Assembly (NCBI RefSeq): GCF_018977255.1 | Contig: NW_024704743.1 | Coordinates: 71,116,001-71,180,000, forward strand | Direction: 5' to 3' | DNA: 64,000 bases | Origin: Callorhinchus milii | Taxonomy: Eukaryota | Part shown: in pieces, positions 24,779 through 39,385 of the stretch | Numbering within the stretch: the first letter of the stretch is position 1 | Layout: every line of letters begins with the position of its first letter | Translations under genes and position numbers: made by a program | The notes under the pieces: generated by a model | Told to the model about the DNA's origin: nothing | Databases searched by the model: none | Seen by the model: only the letters and a program-made list of their open reading frames with translations

Positions 24779-24793
24779 GTTACCAGGGGCAAC
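24779..24793. promoter_or_regulatory. RFX X-box consensus match with adjacent CCAAT motif
   Basis: GTTACC-AGG-GGCAAC fits GTNRCC(N0-3)RGYAAC, and gccaatc lies at 24744-24750, all in non-repetitive sequence. This is a motif match only. Confidence 0.3.
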
Positions 24794-26624
24794 CTGTATC
24801 CCAATGTACAGCATGTGGCTTGCTTTGTACACACTTAATTTCTTGAATTGTTCAGGTTTTTAGCTGGTGCTGTGTAAATTGACAGATAGTCTTGGGCCTC
24901 CAAACTGCCATTTCATATCGAATTTATACAAGAATCCAAAAGTGCATTATGGAACAGGATCAACAAGTATCAAGCTAAAGTGTTGCTAAACAGAGTTGTC
25001 TCCCCAGAAGCCTAAAATCTACAAAATAAAACATTTCAGTGACAAACCAATCAACATATTAAATATGGAACTTCGTGAGATGCTTTGTGCCCTTATAAGG
25101 AATTGCAATTTGGATTGCAAGGAAAAATACATTTTTTTTTCTTTTTAAAGCACACGATCTTTATGAAATCGCTCAGCAGAAATTTTAATTTGTTTTTCGA
25201 GCACAGAATGGAATAACATGAGTTGAACCAAAGTGGCATGACCGAGTCCCTTGAGAATAGTGTTGTCATGATGGTGCTGTGCCTTTTCTTCTTTCCTAAC
25301 AAATGAGCAAAAGGTCTCCCGGACCTTTTCTAATAAACAACTTTTGTTTTATTGTTTTAGCATTTTATTACAAAAAAATTGCACTTGCTGCTCATCCCCT
25401 AGCCTCTGCACCACCAATGGTGGCCAAGCTTTCAGTTACTATGCCCTAACCTCTGGAATTTCCTCTCTCTTCCCCACCATCTCTCCCCGCCCTCCTCCCC
25501 TCATCTCTCTAAGTTGGAATTTCTGTCTCTCGGATGTCCATGTATAGGTGGGATGCATGGAATTCTCAGTTTGGTTTGGATGCTCTTAAGCATGGTGATG
25601 GGTTTCTGCGTGTGTCAGACACCCAGGTGACTAAAAAAAAATCTAAGTCTAACCTTAAAACACAGCTTTTCGACCATGCCTATAGTCACCTCCCGTTTCC
25701 CTCTTAGCTTCTGAACCTATCTTTGCAAGCGTTCTGAGATAGTATTCTTCATGCAAATTGTTGGCATAATGTGTAAACTACGTTGAAGCCAAAATACAAA
25801 TACTATACTGCCTTTCTTGTGATTTAACTTATAAATGCGCTTGTTTTTAAGTGCTCTTAGACACTATCCGACCTGGAGGGCGCTATATAAATGCAAGTTT
25901 TTTTTGTGAGTGCGTGTACAGAGTGGGTCATTAACATTCTTTTACATGTGTTAGAAAATTGATAACAGTAATGAGATGCGAGTGTTGTGAAAAACGAGAC
26001 ATTGGAGAGTGCAGTGGTCTTGCACGTTTACTGAGTATTCTGAATCCAAATATTGTGATTCATGTGACTGTGTACTGATTCTGGCCTCCTTTTGCATGCA
26101 TTTTATCTGTAATTTGATAGTTTGTTTTGTTTAAAGATTGCAAATTAATATAACAAGTGATTCATCATAAGGCAAGATAGTCGGATCCAAATATTTTTAA
26201 CTCGACTCATAATTAAAAGCTAAAGGCTCACACATGAAATTAATGTAAGTTGTCGATTCTACAACAACAACAAGATTCCATTTATAGAGCGCCTTTCACG
26301 TCAGGAGGACGTCCCAAGGCGCTGCACAGTTGGGTCATGACCCGAGCAGGGGGGAAATGACATTGCAGGTTAGGAGCACATTCTACTAAAGACTATACAT
26401 GACCACCCCCCCATCAGCCTTATGCTAGCTGAGCTGGTGCCAGGATGGACCCTTGAGGTTGGTCATTAACTCTTTCCCCTTTTTCCAATAATCTCTACCA
26501 GACAAAATTAGTCATTTACTTTGTGGCTGTGAAAAGCCATGGTTGTGTGACATTGGTGTGTGCAAATTGGCTGCTGTGTTCACCCACACAATACAGTCAT
26601 TATAGTATATCTTATGGAGGGACT

Positions 26625-27485
26625 TACATTAGAATATACAGCACAGAAACAGGCCATTCGGCCCAATTGGTCTATGCCGGTGTTTATGCTCCACATGAGC
26701 CTCCTCCTGCCCTTCCTCAACTAAGCCTTCAAGCATAACCTTCTATTCCTTTCTCTCTCATGTACCTATTCCAGCTTTCCCTTAAATACATCTGTGCTAT
26801 TTGCCTCAACAACTCCTTGTGGTGGCATGTTCTACATTCCCACTACTGTCTGTAAAGAATTTTTTTCTAACTTCCCTATTGATCTATTTATGACTATTTT
26901 ATATTGATGGCCCCTGGTTTTGGTCTCCCCCACAAAGTGGAAACATCTTCCCTGTGTCTACCCTATCAAAACCTTTCATAATTTTAAAGACCTCCATCAG
27001 GTCACATCTTGCCCTCTTTTCAAGAGAAAAGCATCCAAGCATGTTCAGCCTTTCCGGTTAGTTATAACCTCCCAGTTCTAGGATCATCCTTGTGAATCTC
27101 CTTTGCACCCTCTCCAGTGCCTCTACATCCCTTGTATCCCAGCAGAGCGAAACCCTGGGCAAGTTTTCTTACACCACACGCCTAATAATAATCCCTCCAA
27201 AACAAAAACAATAATAAATTTGTCACTTTAACCCACGACTGTTTGTGGGACGTTGCTGTCCAGACCAGAACTGCACACGTGTGGTCTAACCAAGGTTCTA
27301 TAGAAGTTTACCATAACTGCCCTGCTTTTCATTTCTATTCCTCTAGAAATGAACCCCAATGCCTGGTTTGCTTTTTTTATGGGTTTATTAATCTGCGTTG
27401 CTACTTTTAGTGAATTGTGTATGTGTACCCCTAGGTCCCTTTGCTCTGCTACCCCATTTAGGTTTTTATTTTCCAGGATGTATGT
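26625..27485 (-). mobile_element. CR1-clade LINE fragment with a nested SINE piece (~27140-27260)
   Basis: ORF 27228-27506 RDLGVHIHNSLKVATQINKPIKKANQALGFISRGIEMKSRAVMVNFYRTLVRPH; CR1 tail at 26625-26680. Confidence 0.85.
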
Positions 27486-30400
27486 GACATATGGATGACA
27501 TCCCAATTGAAAGGTGCTGTATTACATGTGAGGAATATTATTAATACTTAGTGGTTAGAGTGCTGTATTTATATTGGTTTCAGACACTATCTTGTGTGAG
27601 GGGTGCTATATCAATGCGAGCTGCTGTTTCTGTGATGTGAAAACCAGCTGAACAATATTAATTTTAACTATACGGATAAAAGAAAGACCACAAGTGATCC
27701 ATGGCATCAGTCTAGCAGAGCATTATAGTTCTTTTTTAACGCTCAGAATTGACCCAATATATTTTCCCAAAGTTATTGTGCATCAGTGCCGTGATATATC
27801 ATCAGTGCTGTTATTTCTGTTTACCAGCTTCTCTGCACAATGTTTTCATTTTATCAGTCTCTGCCTCCTCTTCCTATCACTTTCATGTTCAGTTACTCTT
27901 GTTTGCTGCCTTCCCTTGGATTGTCTTGCTTCTCTCTTGATCTCCTTTCTTATATGATTCCTCATGTATACATATACTGGTATGTCTTATAGTCAGGCCA
28001 CCAGTGCATCACTGATATTAATCTGATCATCTCTACTTCTGTAGAATTGACATGGTTTGTAGACGATTGCCTATAAAATACAGTCTACAGTAAATCCTAT
28101 GGAGTGCGTTGAGATGTCTTCTTAATGTGAACGGTGCTGCATCAAATGCAAAGATTATTATAGTAGTCAAAGTGCACTATTTTTAGCTCTTTGAGCAATC
28201 AAGTATGTCCAAAATAAAAGTTTTCCAACTTTTAATTTACAAATTCTTTGAGTATCACAGACATAAAGGCACACAAATGGATAGTGAGGACATTTGAAGT
28301 CTCTTTGGGTTAGTTTTAAAAGATATCTTTACTGCAAAACATAGCCCTACATTCTCCTGCTAATGTACTACAGCTACACACTCTGGGAGTCTAAATAAAT
28401 TTTAAACACTTTAAAATACTTGACCTTTACAAGCTCTTTACTTACAAAACGTATGCCATCTCCATTGCCATTTTCCCCTACTTTAAGTCACTGATCCTAG
28501 GTAATAGGCCACAGGCTGATTTCATTTGTACAGCATCAGTGGGATTCTTTAAGCCTTTGCATTCACCAAAACTCAATAATGTAAATATGAGAAAATCCAC
28601 TGATCCGTCAGTACAGCATGAAAACACTTCAGGGTTGTTCATTCTCACAAAGCAGAGTTTAAAATAGTTGGTTTTTATTAAAAAAAAAGTTGTATTTTTT
28701 CAAACTACATTAACCAAAATTGTTAGTTAACGTATTTCCTCAGGTAGCATTTAATTGGAAGATTTTATTTTCTGCAATGATTAACATTCCTAATTACAAA
28801 CCTTTGTGCTAAGTGCCTCTATTCCCTCTCATCTTCTTTTCCTTCTCGCGTGTCTCTTTGCCCTCATAAGCTTGATATCAAATTAATTCAGCCTTTGTGC
28901 AGTGTTTATTGATACTGGCAGAGAACCATCAATGATTAGGCAACATTTGCAACTAAAATGTTGGCTGGAGATTCTCAGTGGAGTGTTAGGGTTACTTGTT
29001 ATAGTTTAAGGGTGAAGAACATTGTTGGGAGGTCAGTAATAAACAAAGTTGTTTTCCAGCCCAGGAGTACTCATTGCAGACACTAGGGGGTGAAACCCAT
29101 TATAAGCACAAACTGCCACGGTCAGTAGCTTTCGTGGCCATGGGAAACATGTCCAAGTTGGCAATAATGGAAACATGTTCAGTTCACAGGCTCACAAGAG
29201 GGAAAACACAGTGTAAAACCAGCACAGTGCAGAGGAACCAGAGGAATTTCAGAATGTTAGATTGTGTGGAATTGCTGGGGAAATGTCCTTTGAAATCCAG
29301 TTTACGGTTTAATCTCCTGCTACTAAATTGCCTTTGTAGTGTACATAAATGTCCTCAGGTTTAAATGTTGGTTTCACATATTACATTCTTTTGCATTAAC
29401 ATTAGGATCAAACATTTTCTGAGTTGTGAGTGGAATACCTAAAGCAAATGTTCTAAAGAAATATCTTAAAACTGGTGTAGTTCTCCTTGTCTCTCACTTC
29501 CAACTATATATACAATACGATTTACATTTATATAACGCCTTTCACCTTGGGAGGACAACTCAAAGCAATTCACATTGCTAGCTGGCACCCGAGCTGGGGA
29601 GGGGAGTTAAACAGGTTGGCGAGCACTGGCAAAGGGAAGACTTGAGGTGGGCTTTCATTCCTTTATTCTCCCACCTCCCCCCCACCTAAGATTTGTGGAT
29701 AGTGCCTGCACAGTCTTATTCTTATTCCTGAAGTGCATGAACAGTATTACGTTGGTGGTGGGGGGGCTGGAAGACATTGCCATTTCATACCATCTTTGGC
29801 CTTTCCTAGCAGCTTCCTAAGTTTGTCTTTTTTCTTCCACACTTACATTTAAACATCTCATAACATTATCAAAGCTGAATGGTTTTCAAATGCAGAGATG
29901 ATTTGAAGAGCCAAAGGGGAGGGCATTCCCAATATTGTTGTCTGTGTGTGTGTGGGTGGGCGTGTTTTTTTTTCTATTTGCTTATGTTTCACTGTGGTCT
30001 GAGGAACTTTGCCAGCTGTCAGTTTAGATTTTGAACTGTCAGCTCTCTAGGGCATCAAGTTATTAAAGAAGAAGCTTGATGTAATCCATGTCAGGATGTT
30101 TCCTTTGGTCTAACTTCATGTCGTCAGATAGTGAAGCAGAGTAAAGCCTTCATCTGGAGGATGCCCTGGCTTCCTTTATTTCCCTTTGCCCCAAGAGCAT
30201 CTTTATTAATCTGTGTCTAGTAAAGACAAGAGGTGACGTGTACAGAAGAAAAGGCCACTGGCTCTTTGAGTTATTTTAAACTATCTGTCCTTTCTCCGCA
30301 CTCCAGAGGTTGAGACTCCACGTGCAGCTGAAATGACTCCTATTATTGCCTCCCATGCCTCCTGCATTATATTAAACCCTTTTGACAAAATAATTGGTGG

Positions 30401-31260
30401 TTGCAATTGTAGTTGACTGATATCGTAACAATGTTTTAGGGGGAAAAGGAAAAAAATCCAGACTGTTACACTTCTTGTCTATGGTTCAATCATAAATTGT
30501 GAGATTCTTCAGTTTTCAGTAATATTGGTTGATGTTTGATAGCATTTTAAATTCCTGGTTTCTTTCTAATCCAAATGGCATCTGCAGCAATAAACATGTT
30601 AAACAAAGGCAAATGACATGAAATGAAACAAAGGGCTCTCTGGTTTAATAAAATAGTAGTGTTGCATCAAAGAAGCTGGCTCTTTGGTTCATCATGTCTG
30701 TGATGATGTTTTTCTCCACATAAGCCACTAATCTTGTTCGTTCCATTTATATTTTAATATTCCTCTTTTTCCAACATCTGCAACCATAGTTTGTATTATA
30801 TCCAAATTTTTATCTTGTATCCAAAGTGTAGACCTAAGCCAGGCTGTACTTGTGTATTGCTTTAAAAAAAGGTATCTGTGTAGTTCTGTCTATTCCAATT
30901 AATGGTTAGTTCAATAGGAGTCAAAGCTCATTGTATTAGGTGTCCATTAACATTATTGATGAGTAGAGAGATAAATATAGGGGCTGTGACAACTGATTTA
31001 TTTTAGTAATTGAATATTCTATTGACTATTGAACAGCTAAAGCTGGGTGGGGATGAGGGGGAGAATTCACTGTGGTGTCAATGTGTTGTTGCAACAGCCA
31101 GAGAAAATTGTTGATCAGTATGCAAAGTACCCGTTTTGTGATCAAGTTTCAGCTGCAAGCTTTGCATTGTCCGATCAATATATAAAATAAAGCACCACTA
31201 AAAATATACTTCCATGGTTTGTGCTGTCAGTGGTTGCTGAGGAAAGGGATCTGATCTCAT

Positions 31261-32118
31261 CCGTTAGGTGTATTTTCGTGTGGTCAGCTGCACGTCTGAC
31301 ACATGCGGAAACCGATCATTGTGCTCGAGTATCCAAACCAAAGTGAAAGTTCCATGCATCCCACCTATATATGGAAAGTCTTGTGTATTGGAATGAATGC
31401 CACTCTCTCCCCAGAAGGACGCACCCTGCTGACCTAATTCTGGGAAATAGCCAAGGCTTGGCAACCCCAGAGTGCACAATGGAGTATTGCTGGAGTTCAA
31501 CCAGTTAACATGGCATAGCTTGCCATTGAAAGCACTGTCTGGCAAGCTCTCCCGCTGCATCTCCAGCTAGGACAAGCCTACCTGTTAGGGTGTGTTTTAC
31601 AGAGGTGGAGTCCTGTAGCTCCGTGGTTAGAGCACTCGCTTTGCAAGCGGAGACCTGAGTTCAATTCCAGGCAGAGGGCGAAACCTTGGGCAAGTTTCCT
31701 TACTCCACACGCCTAATAATAATCCCTCCAAAACCCAAAACAATAATAAATTAGTCATTTTCAATCTACGACTGTTTGTGGGACACTGCTGTGCGCAATT
31801 GGCTGCTGTGTTCGCCCACAAATATACAGTCAATTCACTTTACAGTATATTCTGTGAAGCGCTTTGGGACGTCCTCCCGATGTGAAAAGCACTATATCAA
31901 ATGCAAGGATTATTGTTATAACAGGTGTTGAGTGGGAAGAACCCCTACATCCAGTGACTGGTCTGCCCAAATTCTACTGATTAACCAGGTTGGCTGTACT
32001 GTCAACAGCAGTCTCGCCTGGTTCAGAACTGGAATACCAAGACCGCCACAGAGGGCTAGCTCAATTCCGACATTCTGTTTCCAAACATGTCACCTTGGAG
32101 TAAGTTCAGCTCCAGGGT
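31261..32118 (-). mobile_element. Unclassified dispersed retroposon (~550 bp excluding nested SINE)
   Basis: Homologous by eye to 36575-37055 (same strand) and to 25515-25641 and 47645-47848 (opposite strand). Confidence 0.65.
31607..31920 (+). mobile_element. Young tRNA-derived SINE (short subfamily)
   Basis: ggagtcctgtagctccgtggttagagcactcgc...aaggattattgtta; nearly identical to 51556-51870. Confidence 0.9.
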
Positions 32119-32726
32119 AACCCCCCCCCCCCCTTCAATAATAAGGTGTCTTGTTCGGCCATTCTGAACTCAATCATAAAGTAGTTTCCTGTAGTTTCAG
32201 ATTTAAAAAGAGTTTCTAAGCCAAAAAATCAGCAAATGCTAAATGTTTCAGATTTTGTTTGAAGCTCTGCTCCCCCTGCTCCCTTCCCATGGACTAGGCT
32301 CCACCATTAGTCCATATGGGCAAAAAGTTGCAGCTTCAAATCCAATGTTAGATTGGTCTCAGATGCCTTTAGAATAGGAAGAATTTCCTTAGGTTAGAGG
32401 GGAATGCCCTGGTTTTGGGAAGAAATTCCCAAGGTCGATGGTGGTGGGGGAAGGGAGACGGGACAAATTTCAGTTATTGTTCCTGTAAAATAACTTCAGG
32501 AGAGGAATAGTGAAATTGTCTTACAAAAACAATCAAGATGCTAGTTATTCTTCCTACAATGACATTTCGCAAAATTAAGCTGTGGTTCAAAAATGTGAGA
32601 AATTTGAAGTGATTCTAGAGTAAAACGTATAAACTTACTGCGGTCTTTGCACATACATTGACTTTAAGCTGACTCACTTTGAATACAGATTCCACTTCAC
32701 ATATAGTGATATTACATACTATCCAC

Positions 32727-32988
32727 CCTCTCCCTCCGCTCAGCCACTCTGCCCCCAATCTCTGGAATTCCAGCCCCCAATCCTCCGCCTCGTCCCCTCC
32801 TTAGCCTCGTTCAAGTCCCGCCTCAAGACCCTCCTCTTCGACCATGCCATCGGCCACCCCCCTTCCCCTCCCCTCCCTTCTCCCCCCCGACCCCAGCTCG
32901 GGTCCGAAATGGTGTACTCTGTCCAGCGCCTTGGGACGTCCTCCCGATGTGAATGGCGCTATACAAATGTAATCTTGTTGTTGTTGTT
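32727..32988 (+). mobile_element. L2 LINE 3' fragment
   Basis: ctctggaattcc...ttcaagtcccgcctcaagacc...cagcgccttgggacgtcctcccgatgtg...(TTG)n. Confidence 0.88.
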
Positions 32989-33287
32989 TTTCTTAATCTA
33001 GTTTGGATACTGGAGTATTCGTTTTAGTAGATTACATGTTGAGCACCATTTTCCAGGTTAAAGGTGTACTTTCATGTTCCCAAGGAGAGAAATGCTACTT
33101 GTGAATTTTTGCACATCAGTCATTGATTGCATTGTTCTGTTATACTTTTGTCACACAAGTGAAAAATAGTCTACCAAATACTTTTATTCATGATTCACCT
33201 GCCCTATACTATATGTAAATACTCTCTTAGCACTGTGCAGTTGTCAGTGGATTGAGGAGTTTATGAATCTACTTTCCTGTATCCTCG

Positions 33288-33360
33288 TTAATGTCTTGGC
33301 ATGACACTTGTACTTAGTGTCTTGGAGTGACACTTGCACTTAATGTCTTGGAGTGACAAC
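33288..33360. repeat. ~26-bp tandem repeat, about 3 copies
   Basis: ttaatgtcttggcatgacacttgtac / ttagtgtcttggagtgacacttgcac / ttaatgtcttggagtgacaac. Confidence 0.75.
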
Positions 33361-33651
33361 TCACACACAAAGCCAGTGTGTTTCAGTTGCAAAGTCAAAC
33401 TCTTAACTCACTCAAGCATGGCAAATTTGAGTGATGGGTGCCCTGGGATCCGTTTTCCCCCCCATCAGTTTAGCTTCAAGTCAAGTGATCATTTGAGCTA
33501 CTAGGAGTAACCGGATTTGTGTTTGTGCTGCATTACCCAATACAAGTTTTACAACCCCGCTGCCCTGAAAAGCCATTTGCTACTCTGCTTGTAAAGCCAG
33601 TGAAAGATTTTAAAAGTGTAACGATTTGAATTTTTTTTTCTCTGGTTGAAG

Positions 33652-33841
33652 ATCACGACTCTGATCAACCATAAAGAGAAACCAAAGAAGTCTCAGAAGA
33701 CGTTGCGGGCAATCCAGCGGGTAGGACAAGCAGTGAGCCTGGCTGTCGGAAGGTTTGTCACAGTTGGTGAAGCCATAGCCAGCGAGAACGAAGAGTTAAA
33801 GGAGGAAATGTACTACGCATGCCAGGAGGCCAGGCGAGCAG
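33652..33841 (+). CDS. CTNNAL1: Alpha-catulin internal coding exon (probable exon 2), 190 nt
   Basis: Translates ITTLINHKEKPKKSQKTLRAIQRVGQAVSLAVGRFVTVGEAIASENEELKEEMYYACQEARRA(G), recognisable as the vinculin/alpha-catenin-family N-terminus of alpha-catulin. Acceptor is tttttttttctctggttgaag| and donor is G|gtagat; phase 0 to 1. Confidence 0.95.
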
Positions 33842-36800
33842 GTAGATTTATTCTTTGCTGAATTTTAACATAATAACCATCACTTCTGTGTTCCACATTC
33901 AGTATAACCCCCAGTCATCCTGATGTGAAATGCACTATACAAATGTGAATTTATATTGTTGGATTGGTACTGAAACTTACATCCTTTTTTATTTGATGAA
34001 TATGTGCTCATGAAAATAAAATAAATAATCCTGAAATGTGATACAGTGCCTTTCACGTTGAGAGGACATCTCATTCTGTGCTTCACAGAAAATACAGCAA
34101 CAACAACTTGGGTTTATATAGCGCCGATCGTGTGGGGTAGAGTCCTGGAGCACTTGACAGTGGAGGAGTCTGACTCCAACCAATTGTATTTATATAGACA
34201 CTTTCATGTTGGCAGGATGTCCCAATGCGCTGGACAGTCGAGCTGAAAGTGCAATTAAACAGATTGCCTTCAGGTAGACCTTGAAGGAAGAGAGGAAAGG
34301 GATGAGGTGAAGGGACTCCAGGATGGAGTTCCAGAGAGTGGGGACAGATGGTCTGAAAGCCTGTGCCATTGGTGGGATAAGGTAGGGCAGGGGACGTGAA
34401 GCAGGCCAGTACCTGCCGAGAGGAGTGAGCATGAGTAATGCAGGAGACGACCTGTACTGTATGGTGATTGTATTTTGTAGGCAAACATGGCAGCCAATTT
34501 GTGCACTGCAATAACCCACAAACATTCAAGAAGTGAATTACCAATTGGATTTTGAAGATTCTTGGCCAGGGGACAGGGAGAAACTCCCTTGTATTTTTGA
34601 ATAATACCATGGGAGCTTTAACGTCCATGTGAACAGGCCCACACGACCTTGGTTTAACATCTCATTGAATGGCACCTCCAACAATGCAGCACACTTCAAT
34701 ATTGCACCGGAGTGTCAGTTTAGAGTCGAGACTATAGGAATTCAAAGTCCCAGTGTAGGGCTTGAACTTATATCCTTCAGGCTCAAAGGCAAGAATGCTA
34801 CCAACTGAGCCAGGCAAGCATAAAAGCTGTGTGTCTCGGGAAGTAAAGCAATTTTCCAGTTTGGACAGCCAGGATCAAGTAATCACCAGACTCGCCTCGA
34901 AAGCGAAAGGACCTGGGTTTGATTCCTGGGAGGGTGAAATCTTAGGCAAGTGTTTTTACTTCACATGCCTCTGTTTATTTAGTAGTAAGTAGGAACTCGG
35001 TTGTTAGTTAATTGGCAGATCACTTTCTGGGGGTAATAATCCCTTCAAAGAAAATAATAATCATAAACACTCAATCCATGACGGTTTGTGGGACACTGCT
35101 GTGCGCAATTGGCTGCTGCATTTTGACTGCGTTTTCACCTCTCACTCTGACTGGTATCAGACTCTGGTTGTTCGTTGCAGATCACAAAGCTTATGCACAA
35201 TTGTTCAACTCTCAGCTCTCTTTTAAATCTTTTCAATCGGTCCTTGACCTCCAAGAACTGTACAGACCCAGTCACCCACTTTGCACACCAGCTGCTTCAT
35301 GTGACCCCACCTTATCCATCCAGCCATCATGTTATCCCCACTTACTGGGGCATCCCAGAGTCTCCCTAACTTGCTCCCTCCCTCCTTTCAGTCACTTTGC
35401 CCCTGCTCTCCATACCTCACTCCCAAAATCCTTTCCTGTTTGCCATCAAAACCCTTCTTAAAAACCTACCTCTTTAATCAGTCATTCACCTCCTGCTTTC
35501 TTTTCCTCTCCATCCTCCATCTCCTACCCTGCTCAAAAAACTACTCTGTCCCCATGAGATACTGTACCTCAAGCCATTATCCTACACAAAAGGTGTTATA
35601 AAAGTGTAAGTTGGTTTTAATACTAAAAATTAAAAACAAACACTGGTTTTAGCTAGTATAAATACAAAGGACATCTGCTTTTGACAGCCGTTTAATTGAA
35701 GTTGGCAATACTTCTATTTTTCCTGTGATTTGAGTAAAAATGCTGAAGGATATTCGTCACCCATGGGATTGAGTTTAGAAAAACATAACTACAAGCAAGG
35801 AAAGCAGGAACAAACAGAAGGATAAATCATAGAATTTGTGAAGACATTTATCAAAAGATTTATGTTGAAAGACATAAATGCAACTGAAAGTGCCAACACC
35901 ATCAGAAATATGTACATTTGTCAACCAAGTTTGAGCTTCATCCGTGACAAGGTGCTTTGAAATAATTTTCATTATAAATTGAACGGCTGCATCAATTTCC
36001 AGGTCCATCCCAGGGTCCTGGTGTTTTGTGTACATGCTGCTTTGAAATACTAAACTTGTTTTATTAGGTTAAGAATACATTTCAATTAGGTTTATGGATG
36101 TACAGTAGACAATTGCGGGAGAGAACAACCTCAACTGTCAATGTGGATAATGGATCTTAAAATTAACAGCCCAGGGTTTTTATTGCAGTTATGTCACCAC
36201 TAAGTAATGTTCATATGTCGAGTGTGCAATGTACAACCGTCTTCTATTCATTAACACCGGTGCTGGATTATGGAGGGGCAAGGACCACATTAAACTGCTA
36301 TGAGATGCACCATCAGTGTATTAGAAATGTTTCAGAGCCACCCTGGAATTGACCTTAATATCATAATCTCAGAGATAATGATCCAGGGGCACGTTTACTG
36401 CCAGATTTCACACTAGCCAGCATTTTTTAAAAGACTATGTAACTTGTTCTTCTACAATGTGTCCCCTTTACTACTCAGCTGTCACAAGCAGAACCAGCAG
36501 TTTGGATCAGTGACAGATCCAGAAGATCACGCTATTAACTACAGTACAACTTTTATTTATTTGGTCAGCTGAGTGTATGACCCTATCATCATACTCACAT
36601 CATCATGGAATATGCAAACCAAACTGAGAGGTCCATGCATCCCGCCTACATGTGGAAATTGCGATGTATTAGAATGGAATGCGCACTCTCTTCCTGGAGG
36701 GATGCATCTTATTTACCTAATTTTTGAGAGCATTAGGTGCAGGTTGGCAAGAGCCAAGTCTTGGGGATCTTTGTGTGTGCATTGGTGTACTTTTGGTACA

Positions 36801-39385
36801 TTGTCATTAAGAGCAGTGCCTGGCAAGCTTTTCCATTGCTTGTCCAACTAAGATCATCCTACCTGTTAGGGCTTTGGCTTGCAGGCTGAATGGGAAGAAT
36901 CGCTGCCCACAGTGACTGATCCGCCTTTCCAAGTCCCGGTTGGGCTGTCTTGTCATCATCAGTGCCCTGGAAGACCCAGGAACTGGGCTGCTATGACCAC
37001 TACGTGATTCTGACATTCCTTTGCCAAACATATCACTTTGGAGCCAGTTCAGCTCGAAGGAGACCGTGCTTAGCTTTTATTTACACTAGAATCCTGATCA
37101 CTGAGACTTGTATGGTATATATAGCTCACACCCTGTGCATGTAACTTGACTATGCATTTATATAAAGATGAGCATTTTTTATAAATGAAAAACAAAATCA
37201 GGAGTTGTGTTCTTACTTTACTCACAATCACCTGTGGCCTTTTAGGCTCCTGAGCAGGCAATTTGCAGTTTCCTTCACTAGCAGCTGTGCTCAGTTGGAT
37301 AGTGACCTTTCAGCTTCAGCACAGTTATAGTTGGTATCAAATTGTCGATCAAAACAGTGATTTCAGATCTTGCTTCAGACCGATCAGGTGGAGCTGAATA
37401 AATCAGCTCCATGCTGTGATGAAACAGATTTCAGAAGTGTCCATGATGAGAAGCTAATGTGGTTCAATTGTTGATTAATACTTGAGGAATGAAACAAGAA
37501 ACACATATTTGCTGAAGGCATCAATATTGCTGCATCGAAAATATAGTGGAGTCCAAAGTCCGTTTTAAACATTTGAATGTGATCGTACCTGACATTAGCC
37601 TGTGATGGCTTTTTTCCCCAGGTCACTGTTATTTCCGACTTTCTATTTTAGGAATGCCAGAAATATACCGTATATCTAAATTGTTTTTTTACTCTGCAAT
37701 TTGTATGAAAAGTATGCAAAGGATGTGATATTAGCATGTAATATGTGTAATCCTGTAGCTTAGTAGTTAGAGCACTTGCCTCGCAAGCAAGAGGACCTCG
37801 GTTCAGTTCCCGGACAGGGCGAAACGTTGGACAAGTTTCCTTACTCCACACACCTCAGTTCACCTAGCAGCAAGTAGGAACCTGGTTGTTTTAGTCAATT
37901 GCCGGATCGCTTTTCCAGGGTAATAATGCTTTATAAAAAATAATAATAATTCGGTCACTCAATCCACGACTGTGGAACACTGCTCTCTGCAATTAATTGC
38001 CATATTTCACCCACACAATATACATTCAATTCAATTTGCAGTTTAGTCTGTGAAGCGCTTTGAGACATCTCAAAGGCATTATAATGAGTTGTATTAAATG
38101 CAAGGATTATTATTGTGTATCAATTTAAAACAAAAATGTTCTCTTGTGCATTTGCAGATCAGCGTTGAACTGAGTAGAAAATGCTGTTCTGCCTTGAGGG
38201 ATAACTAATTCAAAGCTTTTAATATTCCCACCATCGTTGTGTCTCATTTTAGATAATAATTGATGACTGACTGGTCATTCAGTGGGTGTAAAGTACAAAT
38301 TAGAAGTGCCAGGTTACTGGGTGAAATGTGGCTCTCCTTATTGAACAATTGCTTTGGCTTCTAGTGGTTAATGAGCAGTGAAGCAATGTGAAATTATTCA
38401 TTTAGTTTGTTCTAAAACCTATTAAAAGTAAATCCTGACATCTGGTAATTCTGCCTAAGAATTATTTGAAAACATAAAAAAGAGTGATGACTGATAAGGT
38501 ACAGGAGATTCAATGTTAACTGAAGGCCCATATTTACAATAAAACCAATTCAACCCACATGTTTGCTTATGGGTACCTTGCTGGTGATGTTGAGTGACGA
38601 GTTATTATTATAGAATACAGTGATCTTTTTAAAAGTTAATTACCCATCAGACCTACGCTAAAAGCAGCTCTTTGACAGATTGATGTTTACTGCGTTTCAG
38701 CTTGTCCTTTATTTGTGCTTGGCACTGCATAGTGCAACCGCTCTGTTAGTCTAAACGCAAAGAAAAATAAGCACCTTTTTCCTCAACTCATACTGGCACT
38801 TCTCCATGTGTAAGGAATACCTTATGTTCCAGTCGTTGAAGACCACATCTGAGAGATGTTCCCAATCTCCATCTATTTCTTTTGACCAAAGTTAAAACAA
38901 GCGCAAACGTGCTGTGTATGCTCTTGTTCATGCTTCTCTTGCTTTAATTTAGACTTCAGCCAGAAGGTTCACTTTCTCTAACAACTTGGGAGGGCTATGT
39001 GTAGTGTTTGTGAATTGCTGCCATGGTTACTAGTTGAACCCTGTATTTGCCATTCAAAGCTATTTCATACCATATTGCTCTCTTTCTATAGAGCAATTAT
39101 GCTGTTAGTTTTATCTGCAATTAGGAAGTTGAAAATTAATAATATAGTTATTTCATATCAGGAAGATGTCTTGAATTGCTTTACAGGATCTTACTGTGTG
39201 TTTTGTAGGCAAAATGCTGCATCCAATTTAATTAGGAAGTTCATTTTCAAGTATCAAAATTATGATCAGATATCAACAGATGAAACACCCTGAGTGTTTC
39301 TAACAACTGTTAGCTATCCTGGAAATGTCTCTGTTTTCTAAAATTAAGTGTCCACATTTAATACACTTCCTGCAGTAGTACCCGC

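Noticed and set aside
31607..31680. tRNA gene (also at ~2120-2190 and 51556-51630)
   Set aside because: The tRNA-like A/B boxes run directly into a SINE body and L2-type tail, so these are SINE heads.
1..33651. CTNNAL1 first coding exon / CpG-island promoter
   Set aside because: I found no EIKTRSVEQTLLPLVSQ-like coding segment or CpG-rich island by eye. It probably lies before the window, though a diverged or alternative first exon cannot be excluded.
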